Shown here: positions 56,228-64,000 of the stretch, piece after piece
Layout of the letters: each line of letters opens with the position of its first letter
How positions within the stretch are numbered: the stretch's first letter is position 1
DNA from: a bacterium
GTDB lineage: Bacteria > Patescibacteriota > Minisyncoccia > Phycocordibacterales > Phycocordibacteraceae
DNA: 64,000 bases
Reading direction: 5' to 3'
NCBI GenBank assembly: GCA_021784815.1
Contig: JAJYHK010000011.1
Location: forward strand, 10,954 to 74,953
Position numbers and translations under genes: made by a program
Notes under the pieces: model-generated
What the model saw: the letters and a program-made list of their open reading frames with translations, nothing else
The model's database searches: none
Told to the model about the DNA's origin: nothing

Positions 56228-56914
56228 ATGAAGACGATCGTCCGATTTTTGGGCGGTTTCGTGGCGCTTGCCGCGGTAGCCGCCTTCTCGCCTGCTGTCT
56301 ACGCCGGTTCGCTGCAAGCGAACAGCGCAGCCAGCTCCGGTGCCCAGGCAGGCTCGGTGCTGGAAATGAATGCCGCCCCAGGAGTGAACTATAGCGGCGG
56401 CTACATGCTGGGCAACACCCCGGCCGTGATGCCGGGTTCCATCTACACGATGAATCCGTGCAGCAACGGCGCAGCCGTCGGCGGCGCCGGCCCGGGGATC
56501 GGTCTCACCTTCTCGTTCTCCCACGATTCGGATGAGTGCCAACTCCAGAATTGGGCCACGTTCGCCATGCGCGCGTACGCGATGACGCATGATCCGCGCG
56601 ACGAGCAATGGGCTCGCGGCATCATGTGCGCTGCGAACCCGACCGTCTTCAAGACCGCGCCGACTGGCATGTGCCAACCCGAGGCTGGCTCGAAAGCGGT
56701 CGCGGCTGCGGTACCGGCGAGCCCCGTGCCGCCGCCCGTCAAGACGGTGTCCTATCATGGCTCGGTCGTGGCGCTTGACCCCGATGCCCCCGCGTATTGC
56801 CTTCAGGGCGGCGTGGACCCGCGGATCATCCCGGCGTGCGTCGGCGCGCAAGCCGCGAGCGAAGCGTATAAGCAGCTTCATCGCGATCGCGCTGGGAGCA
56901 ACAACGCGGGCTGA
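56228..56914 (+). CDS. secreted Cys-containing hypothetical protein (high-GC island)
   Basis: RBS AGGAAGG, signal peptide MKTIVRFLGGFVALAAVAAFSPAVYA, 8 Cys. Same compositional signature as the neighbouring gene. Confidence 0.5.
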   Translation: MKTIVRFLGGFVALAAVAAFSPAVYAGSLQANSAASSGAQAGSVLEMNAAPGVNYSGGYMLGNTPAVMPGSIYTMNPCSNGAAVGGAGPGIGLTFSFSHDSDECQLQNWATFAMRAYAMTHDPRDEQWARGIMCAANPTVFKTAPTGMCQPEAGSKAVAAAVPASPVPPPVKTVSYHGSVVALDPDAPAYCLQGGVDPRIIPACVGAQAASEAYKQLHRDRAGSNNAG

Positions 56915-56987
56915 TAATCCGCGACCGTGCCTCCACCCCCCGTTTCTGGCTTTCATGCCGGAGCGGGGGTTTTCTTTTGGGAATGTA

Positions 56988-57194
56988 TTAGATACGGGTA
57001 GTAATACCAATCGTATTCTTCCACGTGAGTCGTATAAGATAAATGCCGAACGCAATCTCGGCGAGTATCACTAGGTTTGCCCCGACCATCTCTCCGCTAT
57101 TCCAGTCAAGTAGATAGTACCAGTCGCTCTGATGGAGATATACAAGAAAACCAACGACAACCACTGCAACGATTGAAAACTTCAAATATTTCAT
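56988..57194 (-). CDS. small two-TM membrane protein (transposon passenger)
   Basis: 68-aa ORF in an AT-rich context. Its stop lies within the left IR. Confidence 0.3.
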   Translation of the reverse strand: MKYLKFSIVAVVVVGFLVYLHQSDWYYLLDWNSGEMVGANLVILAEIAFGIYLIRLTWKNTIGITTRI

Positions 57195-57198
57195 AGAA

Positions 57199-57435
57199 CT
57201 ATTCTACTACCACCTCATATTCCTCTTGCGTGTAGTTCGCGTCGCAGTTCCGGCAATGGTAAATGAACTCTGTGCGGGTGATTTTACCTCCTTTGATATC
57301 GGGACCACCCGAGAACTTATCGAGGGACTTCTCTCCGCAATTCGGACATTTTAATGTTTCGCCCGTCCATTTATCCTTAAGCGGGCCAATAGGTTCTCCT
57401 GTCATTCGCGGATTATACCATTCGGCGTTAGGCAA
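57199..57435 (-). CDS. zinc-ribbon small protein (CPNC...HCRNC) (transposon passenger)
   Basis: 78 aa with two CxxC pairs. 8-nt overlap with the upstream 313-aa ORF. Confidence 0.45.
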   Translation of the reverse strand: MPNAEWYNPRMTGEPIGPLKDKWTGETLKCPNCGEKSLDKFSGGPDIKGGKITRTEFIYHCRNCDANYTQEEYEVVVE

Positions 57436-58369
57436 CTTCTCCCGTCTCTCCCGTTTCGGGAAGGTCGAGCATCCTTTGCACGCCGAACGCTCGGGCGAAG
57501 TTCTCCTCGAACTTGCGCCAGTTCGGAGAAATACGCATCAGCGTTGTAACGGAAGCCACAAGCTTATCGAGGTGCGGTATGCCGATCTCCTTCGTCAGAT
57601 AGCGGTGGTGGTGCTTCTCGTAAGTTCCCTTAGAGGTCGCCGTGCCTTCCGTGCGCTTTACGTTCTGCTTCTTTATCTCGTCAATGACGCCTTCCGGCAA
57701 CTGGTCGTAAATGAGCTTCTTCGTGAGATACCCGGCGAACTTCGGGCGCTTGCGGCGCGACTGGGCGTTATACTCCCAACCTTTCAAGCGGAACATTTCC
57801 TGATAGAACTCGTGCGGAAAGCGCATCGTCCACGGCAGGAGTTCCTTCGCGATGTATTTCGAGAGGATAAGTTGCAGTTCTTCCTTTTCACGAACCTCCT
57901 GATAGCCCGTTGCTTCGTCCACGAGAGCGATGATGCCCACGTGGGCAAGCCCGCGCATGATTATCTCGGCCATACGTGCCGTTTCGAGCGCCTTGCCTTT
58001 GAGTACGTTTGCGTCGCGGGCTTGGAGCCATACGTCGCAGATTTCAGGGAGCATGATGGCTGGAATGCCGTTGGTCCTGCCGCCTTTGCCTATATAGGGG
58101 ATAGGGCTACTTGCGCGAGCCAATAAACCCGCAGAAATAAAGGGTCTTAGCGGCTTTAGCTCCAAGAAACGCGGTAGATTTCGCGAGCCGTCCGTATCTA
58201 CGTCCTTACTGCCGCCTTCCGGCCTTGCCAGTGCCTTATTTACGCTTGCCTGCGTGAGCACTCGCGTTCCGTCCTCTAGCACGTAGCACTGGATTTCTAG
58301 GTCTCCGATATGGATGGGGTGGTCCTCCGATCCGTATGCGATTTTCTGCACCTTCTGCGGTTCGTCCAT
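57428..58369 (-). CDS. hypothetical phage-type protein (possibly P63C-domain-like; assignment uncertain) (transposon passenger)
   Basis: 313 aa with a charged C-terminal half. No catalytic motif recognised. Placed 3 nt downstream of the transposase stop. Confidence 0.45.
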   Translation of the reverse strand: MDEPQKVQKIAYGSEDHPIHIGDLEIQCYVLEDGTRVLTQASVNKALARPEGGSKDVDTDGSRNLPRFLELKPLRPFISAGLLARASSPIPYIGKGGRTNGIPAIMLPEICDVWLQARDANVLKGKALETARMAEIIMRGLAHVGIIALVDEATGYQEVREKEELQLILSKYIAKELLPWTMRFPHEFYQEMFRLKGWEYNAQSRRKRPKFAGYLTKKLIYDQLPEGVIDEIKKQNVKRTEGTATSKGTYEKHHHRYLTKEIGIPHLDKLVASVTTLMRISPNWRKFEENFARAFGVQRMLDLPETGETGEVA

Positions 58370-58371
58370 GG

Positions 58372-59238
58372 TTATGCGGTTATTGCGTTTAATATCAGCG
58401 TCTCGAACGCCGCGCCAGCGTCTCTCCGGTTATACCGGAAGCAGAACTCATTGATGTAGGCGTTCAAGTGCTTGTCGCTGATGTGATGGTATTGCCCGTA
58501 AATGCCTCGCTTCAGGAGCGCCCAAAAACCTTCGATGGTATTCGTGTGCGCATTGGCGTCCACATAGTTACCCTTACTGTGTCGAACGATGGAGTGCTTG
58601 TAGTCCTTTTTGCTCGATATGCCGTAGTAGCCGCCCCATTCGTCCGTCATGATGTGCGAGCCATCCTTCACGTTCTCCTTGATGAGCGTGTGGAGGGTTC
58701 TCATGTCCGTGCCCGAAATCTTCCGCGCCTTCACTTTACCGCCCCGTTGGAGCAAGCCCATGACGGCGGTCTTGCCGACAGCGCCCCTACCGAGGTTAGC
58801 CCGCTTCGACTTGTGCTTGTTCTTCTCCTTTCCGCCGATATATGTCTCATCGGCTTCCACGATGCCTTCGAGGAGATCGCCTTGGTCTCTCATGGCCTTT
58901 CGTATTCTCATGAGCATGAGCCAAGCCGTGTTCTTATTCACTTCGATGTCCCGTGCGAGTTGTCGGGCGCTGATACCTTTCTTGGCGTTCAATACGAGCG
59001 CGATGGCAAGAAACCACTTTTGGAGGTCTACCTTACTCTTATGGAAAATCGTTTGAACCGTCCCGCTAAAGGAAGTGTTGCAGGAGTTGCAGTGATATCT
59101 GCTCTCCTTCGGAGCCGGGGTAACTCTCACCGACGAGCAGTATGGGCACTTCGGCTTACCGTTCCATCGCACCACCTCGATGTGCTCTCTGCAGTCCTCT
59201 TGTGTCGGGAACCTCTTATATAGTTGGATAATATTCAT
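58372..59238 (-). CDS. IS1595 family transposase (N-terminal zinc ribbon plus DDE domain)
   Basis: CPYCSS...CNSC zinc ribbon; TDEWGGY...NTIEGFWALLKRGIYGQYHHISDKHLNAYINEFCFRYNRR signature. Confidence 0.9.
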   Translation of the reverse strand: MNIIQLYKRFPTQEDCREHIEVVRWNGKPKCPYCSSVRVTPAPKESRYHCNSCNTSFSGTVQTIFHKSKVDLQKWFLAIALVLNAKKGISARQLARDIEVNKNTAWLMLMRIRKAMRDQGDLLEGIVEADETYIGGKEKNKHKSKRANLGRGAVGKTAVMGLLQRGGKVKARKISGTDMRTLHTLIKENVKDGSHIMTDEWGGYYGISSKKDYKHSIVRHSKGNYVDANAHTNTIEGFWALLKRGIYGQYHHISDKHLNAYINEFCFRYNRRDAGAAFETLILNAITA

Positions 59239-59391
59239 GGTGTTTTACGTCTCTACCTTTATGTAAGGCAGTATAGCACCCCGAAAAAGGTCAACCCCCT
59301 GCTCGCGCCGGGGGCTGTGGATAACCTCTACCTATAACTAATACATTCCCTTTCTTTTGTGTGGCGGAGCGGCAGTTCTCTGACAAATCGT

Positions 59392-59679
59392 CTACGTGTT
59401 CTCCGGCTCGGCGAGCAGGACGCGCCTGCGTTCCTCGTACTCCTCCTTACCGATTTCCCCCTTGGCGAAACGCTCGTTCAAAATCTCAAGTGCTGAAGAG
59501 GTACCGTCGAGGTAGCGGTGCCAGTGGCAGCGGCCGTGCCGCCGGCCGAAGACGAGGCGGAGCAGCCATACGAGTGCCACGACGAGCACGATCGCCCAAA
59601 AGACGTTCCAGAGGACTTCCAATATGCCAAAACCGCCGCCCCAGCCCATGCCCGATCCGTACCCGTAGTGATACATCAT
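59392..59679 (-). CDS. SHOCT-domain membrane protein
   Basis: TM helix plus C-terminal LEILNERFAKGEIGKEEYEERRRVL SHOCT motif. Confidence 0.6.
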   Translation of the reverse strand: MMYHYGYGSGMGWGGGFGILEVLWNVFWAIVLVVALVWLLRLVFGRRHGRCHWHRYLDGTSSALEILNERFAKGEIGKEEYEERRRVLLAEPENT

Positions 59680-59878
59680 ATTACGATTTACGATATACCC
59701 CCATTATAACTCTCGACCGCGGCGCTTTGTTTCCCGTGAACGCCGATGGAGAATTAAGGACGAAGGTCTTTTCTTTTGTCCTATTTTCTTGTATCGTGAG
59801 ACCAACGCTCCGGCGGGCTTTATTTTTATTTTAACCAGTAAAGAAGGAGGTAACACCGACCCTTAGTAACCACCAGTC

Positions 59879-62056
59879 ATGAAGCGAGACTATCCTCTAG
59901 AAAAAGTGCGTAACTTCGGCATCATTGCCCACATTGATGCGGGTAAGACAACCACGTCCGAGCGCATCCTCTACTACACGGGCATGAGCCATAAAATCGG
60001 CGAGGTGCACGAGGGCGCGACGGTCACCGACTGGATGGAACAGGAGCGCGAGCGCGGCATCACGATCACCGCGGCCGCCATCACCTGCTTCTGGACGCCG
60101 ACCCAAGCGCGCATGGAGGGCGGATCGGTGCAAGCCTCAATGGCACATGACGCTCAGAAACACCGCTTCAACATCATCGACACGCCGGGGCACATCGACT
60201 TCACCGCCGAGGTGCAGCGCTCCATGCGCGTCCTCGACGGCGCCATCACGGTCTTCGACGGCGTATCAGGCGTCGAGCCGCAGTCGGAGACGAACTGGCG
60301 CTATGCCGACGATGCCAATGTGCCGCGCCTGTGCTTCATCAATAAGCTCGACCGCACCGGCGCTTCCTTCGAGGACTCCTATAAGAGCATTCTCGAACGT
60401 CTCTCGCCGAAGGCGGTGCGCATGCAGATCCCGATCGGCGAGGAGAGCGCGCACGAGGGCGTTGTTGATCTGCTCACCATGAAGGCGTACCGCTTCGAAG
60501 GCGCCATGGGCGACCAGGTGATTGAGGGCGAGGTGCCTGCGGATCTCGTCGACACCGCGAAGAAGTACCGCGGCGAGCTCATCGAGCGCATCGTCGAGAA
60601 TGACGAGGCGGCGATGAACGCATACCTCGAGGGCAACGAGCCCCCTCTCGAGGAACTCAAAAAGCTTTTGCGCAAAGCGGTGATCGCCAACGAAGTCTTC
60701 CCGGTGTATTGCGGCAGCGCGCTCAAGAACAAGGGCGTGCAGCTCATACTCGACGCCGTGGTCGACTACCTCCCGAGCCCGCTCGATGTGCCGCCGGTGA
60801 CCGGAATCAATCCGAAGACGGGCGAGGAAATCATGCGCCGCGCGTCCGATGACGAACCGTTCTGCGCGCTCGCCTTCAAGCTCCAGACCGATCCGTTCGT
60901 CGGCTCGCTCACGTTCTTCCGCGTGTACTCGGGCAGCATCGCGGCCGGGTCCTACGTGTACAACTCGACCACGGGCAACAAAGAGCGCATTGGCCGCATC
61001 GTGCGGCTCCAGGCTGACAAGCGCGAAGAAGTCGAGCAGGTTTTCGCAGGTGAAATCGCCGCCGCCGTGGGCCTTAAGGACACCAAGACCTCGCACACGC
61101 TCTGCGACGAGGCGAACCCGATCGTGCTCGAGGAAATCCACTTCCCGGAACCGGTCGTGTCGGTCCGCATCGAGCCGAAGACCAAGGCCGACCAGGAGAA
61201 GATGGGCATTGCGCTCAGGAAGCTTGCGGATGAAGACCCGACCTTCCGGGTGTCCTCCGACGAAGAAACGGGCGAAACAATCATCTCGGGCATGGGCGAG
61301 CTTCATCTTGAGATTCTCGTCGACCGCATGAAGCGCGAGTTTAACGTCGTTGCCGATACGGGTGCGCCGCAGGTGGCGTACCGCGAAACGATCCTCGGCA
61401 ATGCCGACGTCGAAGGCAAGTACATCAAGCAGACCGGCGGCCGCGGCCAGTACGGGCACGTCAAGCTCAAGATCAAGAAGCTCGAGCCGTTGCCGGAAGG
61501 CGAGGACGTCAAGATTGCGAAAAACGTGACGCGCGAGGACCACTTCGAGTTCATTAACAACATAAAAGGAGGCGTCATTCCGCAGGAGTACATCCCGGCG
61601 GTGGAGAAAGGCATCCGCGAGGCGATGGCGCGCGGCGTGCTCGCCGGCTTCCCGATGGTCGATATCTCAGTCGATTTGTACGACGGCTCGTATCACGACG
61701 TGGACTCCTCCGAAGTCGCCTACAAGATCGCAGCCTCGATGGCCTTCCAGGATGGCGTCCAGAAATCGAAACCGGTCTTGCTTGAGCCGATCATGAAGGT
61801 GGAGGTGACCGTGCCGGAGCAGTTCATGGGCGACATTACCGGCAACCTCTCCGGGAAGCGCGGCGCGATCGAGGGCATGGATGATCGCGGCATGAGCAAG
61901 GTCATCCGCGCCAAGGTGCCGCTCAAGGAAATGTTCGGCTACACAACGACCCTGCGAAGCATGACCGAAGGCCGCGGCGCCATGATGATGGAGTTCGACC
62001 ACTATGATGTCGTGCCGACGAACGTGGCGCAGGACATTATCACTGCGCGCAAGTAG
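59879..62056 (+). CDS. fusA: translation elongation factor G
   Basis: [21 protein letters not shown] and full EF-G domains II-V; 725 aa. Confidence 0.95.
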   Translation: MKRDYPLEKVRNFGIIAHIDAGKTTTSERILYYTGMSHKIGEVHEGATVTDWMEQERERGITITAAAITCFWTPTQARMEGGSVQASMAHDAQKHRFNIIDTPGHIDFTAEVQRSMRVLDGAITVFDGVSGVEPQSETNWRYADDANVPRLCFINKLDRTGASFEDSYKSILERLSPKAVRMQIPIGEESAHEGVVDLLTMKAYRFEGAMGDQVIEGEVPADLVDTAKKYRGELIERIVENDEAAMNAYLEGNEPPLEELKKLLRKAVIANEVFPVYCGSALKNKGVQLILDAVVDYLPSPLDVPPVTGINPKTGEEIMRRASDDEPFCALAFKLQTDPFVGSLTFFRVYSGSIAAGSYVYNSTTGNKERIGRIVRLQADKREEVEQVFAGEIAAAVGLKDTKTSHTLCDEANPIVLEEIHFPEPVVSVRIEPKTKADQEKMGIALRKLADEDPTFRVSSDEETGETIISGMGELHLEILVDRMKREFNVVADTGAPQVAYRETILGNADVEGKYIKQTGGRGQYGHVKLKIKKLEPLPEGEDVKIAKNVTREDHFEFINNIKGGVIPQEYIPAVEKGIREAMARGVLAGFPMVDISVDLYDGSYHDVDSSEVAYKIAASMAFQDGVQKSKPVLLEPIMKVEVTVPEQFMGDITGNLSGKRGAIEGMDDRGMSKVIRAKVPLKEMFGYTTTLRSMTEGRGAMMMEFDHYDVVPTNVAQDIITARK

Positions 62057-62068
62057 TTTTTTAGAGAT

Positions 62069-62126
62069 CGTCTGTAGACACCGAAGCGACCGCCCTCTCG
62101 GGCGGTCGCTTCGGTGTCTACAGACG
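62069..62126. repeat. 27-bp perfect palindrome (cgtctgtagacaccgaagcgaccgccc tctc gggcggtcgcttcggtgtctacagacg) downstream of fusA
   Basis: 58-nt hairpin with no following U-run. May act as a terminator or a REP-like element. Confidence 0.7.
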
Positions 62127-62195
62127 GTAAGATATGCTCTGCAGTCCCGTCTGGATACGTGTACCAGTTGTAAATTACTTTCCTGTCATTCTTCT

Positions 62196-63419
62196 ATGCA
62201 CCGACTTACCCTTACACTTGCGGCCCTTGTATTTGCGGCGGCGGGCGCGGTTGCGCTCGCGGCTCCGGCGCAAGCAGCATCGCTTACCTCGGATCAAGTC
62301 CAGAGCATCGTCATGCTCCTGCAATCGTTCGGCGTCAACAGCTCGACCGTCACGAATGTGCGCAACGTACTCATCGGGGCTCCGATTATGCCGACTGCCG
62401 CAACGAGCACCGTAGCCGTTTCGACGAGCTCGACCGGCGTCGCCTGCCCAACCTTTTCCGAAGATCTCTATCGCGGCCGCTCCGACAAGCACACGGAGGA
62501 CGAAGTCTCGATGCTGCAGCGTTTCCTTGCGCGTGCATCGAGCAGCGCGTATGCAGCCGGCGCGACCGGATACTTTGGCGCCGAAACCGAGGCTGGCGTG
62601 AAGGCGTGGCAGGCGGCGCACGGTGTCCCAGCAACCGGCTTTGTGGGCCCCTTAACCCGCGCCGCTATCGCGCACGCCTGCAACCCGTCGCGCCACGACG
62701 ACCATGTACCAAGCGCCTACCGCGCCGGCATCTACCAGAATCAGGTGAACCTCTCGGCACAGCCGATGAGCGGCACGGCGCCACTTACGGTCGCCTTCTC
62801 GGCTACGGGCGCGAGCAGCACGCAGAAGTACATTCTCACCTACGGCGACGGCGCGGTTAGCGGCGCCTTCTCGGGTACGAGCACCGTCTCGCACACCTAC
62901 GCGAAGCCGGGTGAGTACACCGCGACGCTCTCGCCCTACGTTGCCTGCATGTACAGCACCCCGCGCTGTGAAATTGCCGTCATGATGCTCGCACAGGCGC
63001 GTGTGCGCGTTACCGGCACCACGTCGCCCGCCACGAACACGCTTCCGACGATCGTCTCGCTTTCGCCGGCGACCGGCGCGGTCGGCACGCAGGTGACCAT
63101 CGGCGGCAATGGCTTTACCCAGAACAACACGGTACTCTTCAACAACAGCGTGGCCGCGCGGGATGTTGCGGCACGGCCGGCTGTGTACAACTGTCTAATG
63201 ATTCCTGCCGGCGCGACGACCACGTCCTGCGGCAGCTACGCGCAGACGCTCACTTTCTCGGTGCCTCAGGGCATGGGGCCGTACTGCCCGGCCGGTGAAT
63301 TCTGTCCGCTCTATATGCTGCAGGTGGCACCCGGCCCCTACGCGGTTTCAGTGGTGAATGAAAACGGCGTAAGCGCGACGAGCGCCTTCACGGTTGCAAG
63401 CTCGAGCGCACAGGAGTAG
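62196..63419 (+). CDS. secreted protein with peptidoglycan-binding-like domain, PKD-like domain and Cys-rich C-terminal domain
   Basis: Signal peptide MHRLTLTLAALVFAAAGAVALAAPAQA. PG_binding_1-like LQRFLA...YFGAETEAGVKAWQAAHGVPATGFVGPLT. PKD-like PLTVAFSATG...YGDGAVSG...HTYAKPGEYT. ATG at 62196. Confidence 0.6.
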   Translation: MHRLTLTLAALVFAAAGAVALAAPAQAASLTSDQVQSIVMLLQSFGVNSSTVTNVRNVLIGAPIMPTAATSTVAVSTSSTGVACPTFSEDLYRGRSDKHTEDEVSMLQRFLARASSSAYAAGATGYFGAETEAGVKAWQAAHGVPATGFVGPLTRAAIAHACNPSRHDDHVPSAYRAGIYQNQVNLSAQPMSGTAPLTVAFSATGASSTQKYILTYGDGAVSGAFSGTSTVSHTYAKPGEYTATLSPYVACMYSTPRCEIAVMMLAQARVRVTGTTSPATNTLPTIVSLSPATGAVGTQVTIGGNGFTQNNTVLFNNSVAARDVAARPAVYNCLMIPAGATTTSCGSYAQTLTFSVPQGMGPYCPAGEFCPLYMLQVAPGPYAVSVVNENGVSATSAFTVASSSAQE

Positions 63420-63443
63420 CCTAGAATTATCCCAGCAAAGACC

Positions 63444-63474
63444 GCGCGGCCGCCTCTGGCGGCCGCGCAGTTTT
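63444..63474 (+). terminator. rho-independent terminator (gcgcggccgcc-tct-ggcggccgcgc then agTTTT)
   Basis: 11-bp GC stem plus a T-run. Confidence 0.6.
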
Positions 63475-63581
63475 CTGAAAGGCTAATTGCGCCAGTCCCC
63501 TCGAAGTATGGTGTCCACACCGAAGTCATTGCAACATACCCCCCCATGATACTTTGAGGGCATACTCAATAATCCCCCTCG

Positions 63582-64000
63582 CATGCTTAAAAGACTTGCG
63601 TTTTTCGGTGCGGCACTTGCGTTTGGTGCTCGGGAGTTTCCAGATTACGGGACCGACTCGGCTCTCACTTCAACTCAGGTGAACGCCATCGTTAGTATCT
63701 TGGAATCGTTTGGTGTGGCGGGCTCGACCATTGCAAATGTACAAGCTGCCCTTACGGGCTCTGCACCGCAGCCCTCAAGCAACTGCGTCGATCTCTCTCA
63801 AGACCTCACCCTCGGAGCCACTGACTCCTCTACGAACGGAGCTGTCTCGCAGCTCCAGTCCTTCCTCGAGTCCCAGGGCTACTTCACTTACCAGGGTCCC
63901 AAAGGCTACTACGGCTTCATTACCGCCCAAGCCGTGGGGCAGTACCAGATGGCACATGGCCTCGTCTCCTCTTCCGCTGATAGTGCCTACGGCATCGTTG
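63582..64000 (+). CDS. paralogous secreted PG-binding-like protein (partial, runs off window end)
   Basis: Manual translation from ATG at 63582: MLKRLAFFGAALAFGAREFPDYGTDSALTSTQVNAIVSILESFGVAGSTIANVQAALTGS...SQLQSFLESQGYFTYQGPKGYYGFITAQAVGQYQMAHGL. This parallels the N-terminus of 62196..63419. No stop before the window end. Confidence 0.45.

Larger units (their letters stand above)
56979..59350 (-). mobile_element. IS1595-family transposon (2.37 kb) with three passenger ORFs
   Basis: Terminal IRs gggaatgtattagatacgggtag (56979-57001) and ctacctataactaatacattccc (59328-59350) match at about 19 of 23 positions. Flanked by an 8-bp direct duplication tttctttt (56971-56978 and 59351-59358). Contains a DDE_Tnp_IS1595 transposase. 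Confidence 0.75.

Noticed and set aside
1-64000. CRISPR arrays or rRNA genes
   Set aside because: No regularly spaced direct repeats with unique spacers and no rRNA-like conserved stretches were seen. The repeats present are irregularly spaced att-like or regulatory motifs.

Overview
This is a 64-kb segment of a roughly 60% GC bacterial chromosome that uses the standard genetic code (fusA and other long genes have no internal stops). The gene content (type IV pilus, ComEC, RNase Y, HU, an extended S12, tight gene packing) suggests a small-genome, possibly Patescibacteria/CPR-like organism; that is an inference. Housekeeping genes present are rpmB, rnhA, recJ, a HIT protein, pgk, tpiA, nusA, ppa, clpP, rny, hup, pheA, rarA, cca, xth, xerC/D-like, rpsO, comM, uvrD, ksgA and rpsL-rpsG-fusA. 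Interleaved with them are the following. (1) A type IV pilus operon (pilB, pilC, two pseudopilins, a PilX-like protein), with the major pilin encoded elsewhere. (2) Pieces of a T4SS-like system: a PrgI-like protein and a VirB4 split by an in-frame TAA at the left window edge, plus a distant VirB6-like operon. (3) A comEC whose degenerate MBL domain is a separate ORF, with a Fe/Mn SOD gene lying antisense between the two halves. (4) Four tRNAs (Gly-TCC, Pro-TGG, Gly-GCC, Arg-TCG). (5) A repeat-rich accessory region at 25.5-30.1 kb. It holds an intact large serine recombinase and a decayed copy of its 3' end, each followed by the same 16-bp motif and a ~41-bp repeat that ends inside the 3' end of tRNA-Gly. 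This looks like tandem integrative elements, the intact one carrying the major pilin gene. (6) A 4.3-kb insertion in the str operon between rpsG and fusA. It comprises a ~68% GC two-gene island of secreted proteins, a 2.37-kb IS1595-family transposon with 23-bp inverted repeats and an 8-bp TSD carrying three passenger ORFs (a zinc-ribbon protein, a 313-aa protein and a small membrane protein), and a SHOCT protein. No rRNA and no CRISPR array were found. Coordinates come from the supplied ORF track and my manual start-codon checks and may be off by a few nucleotides.
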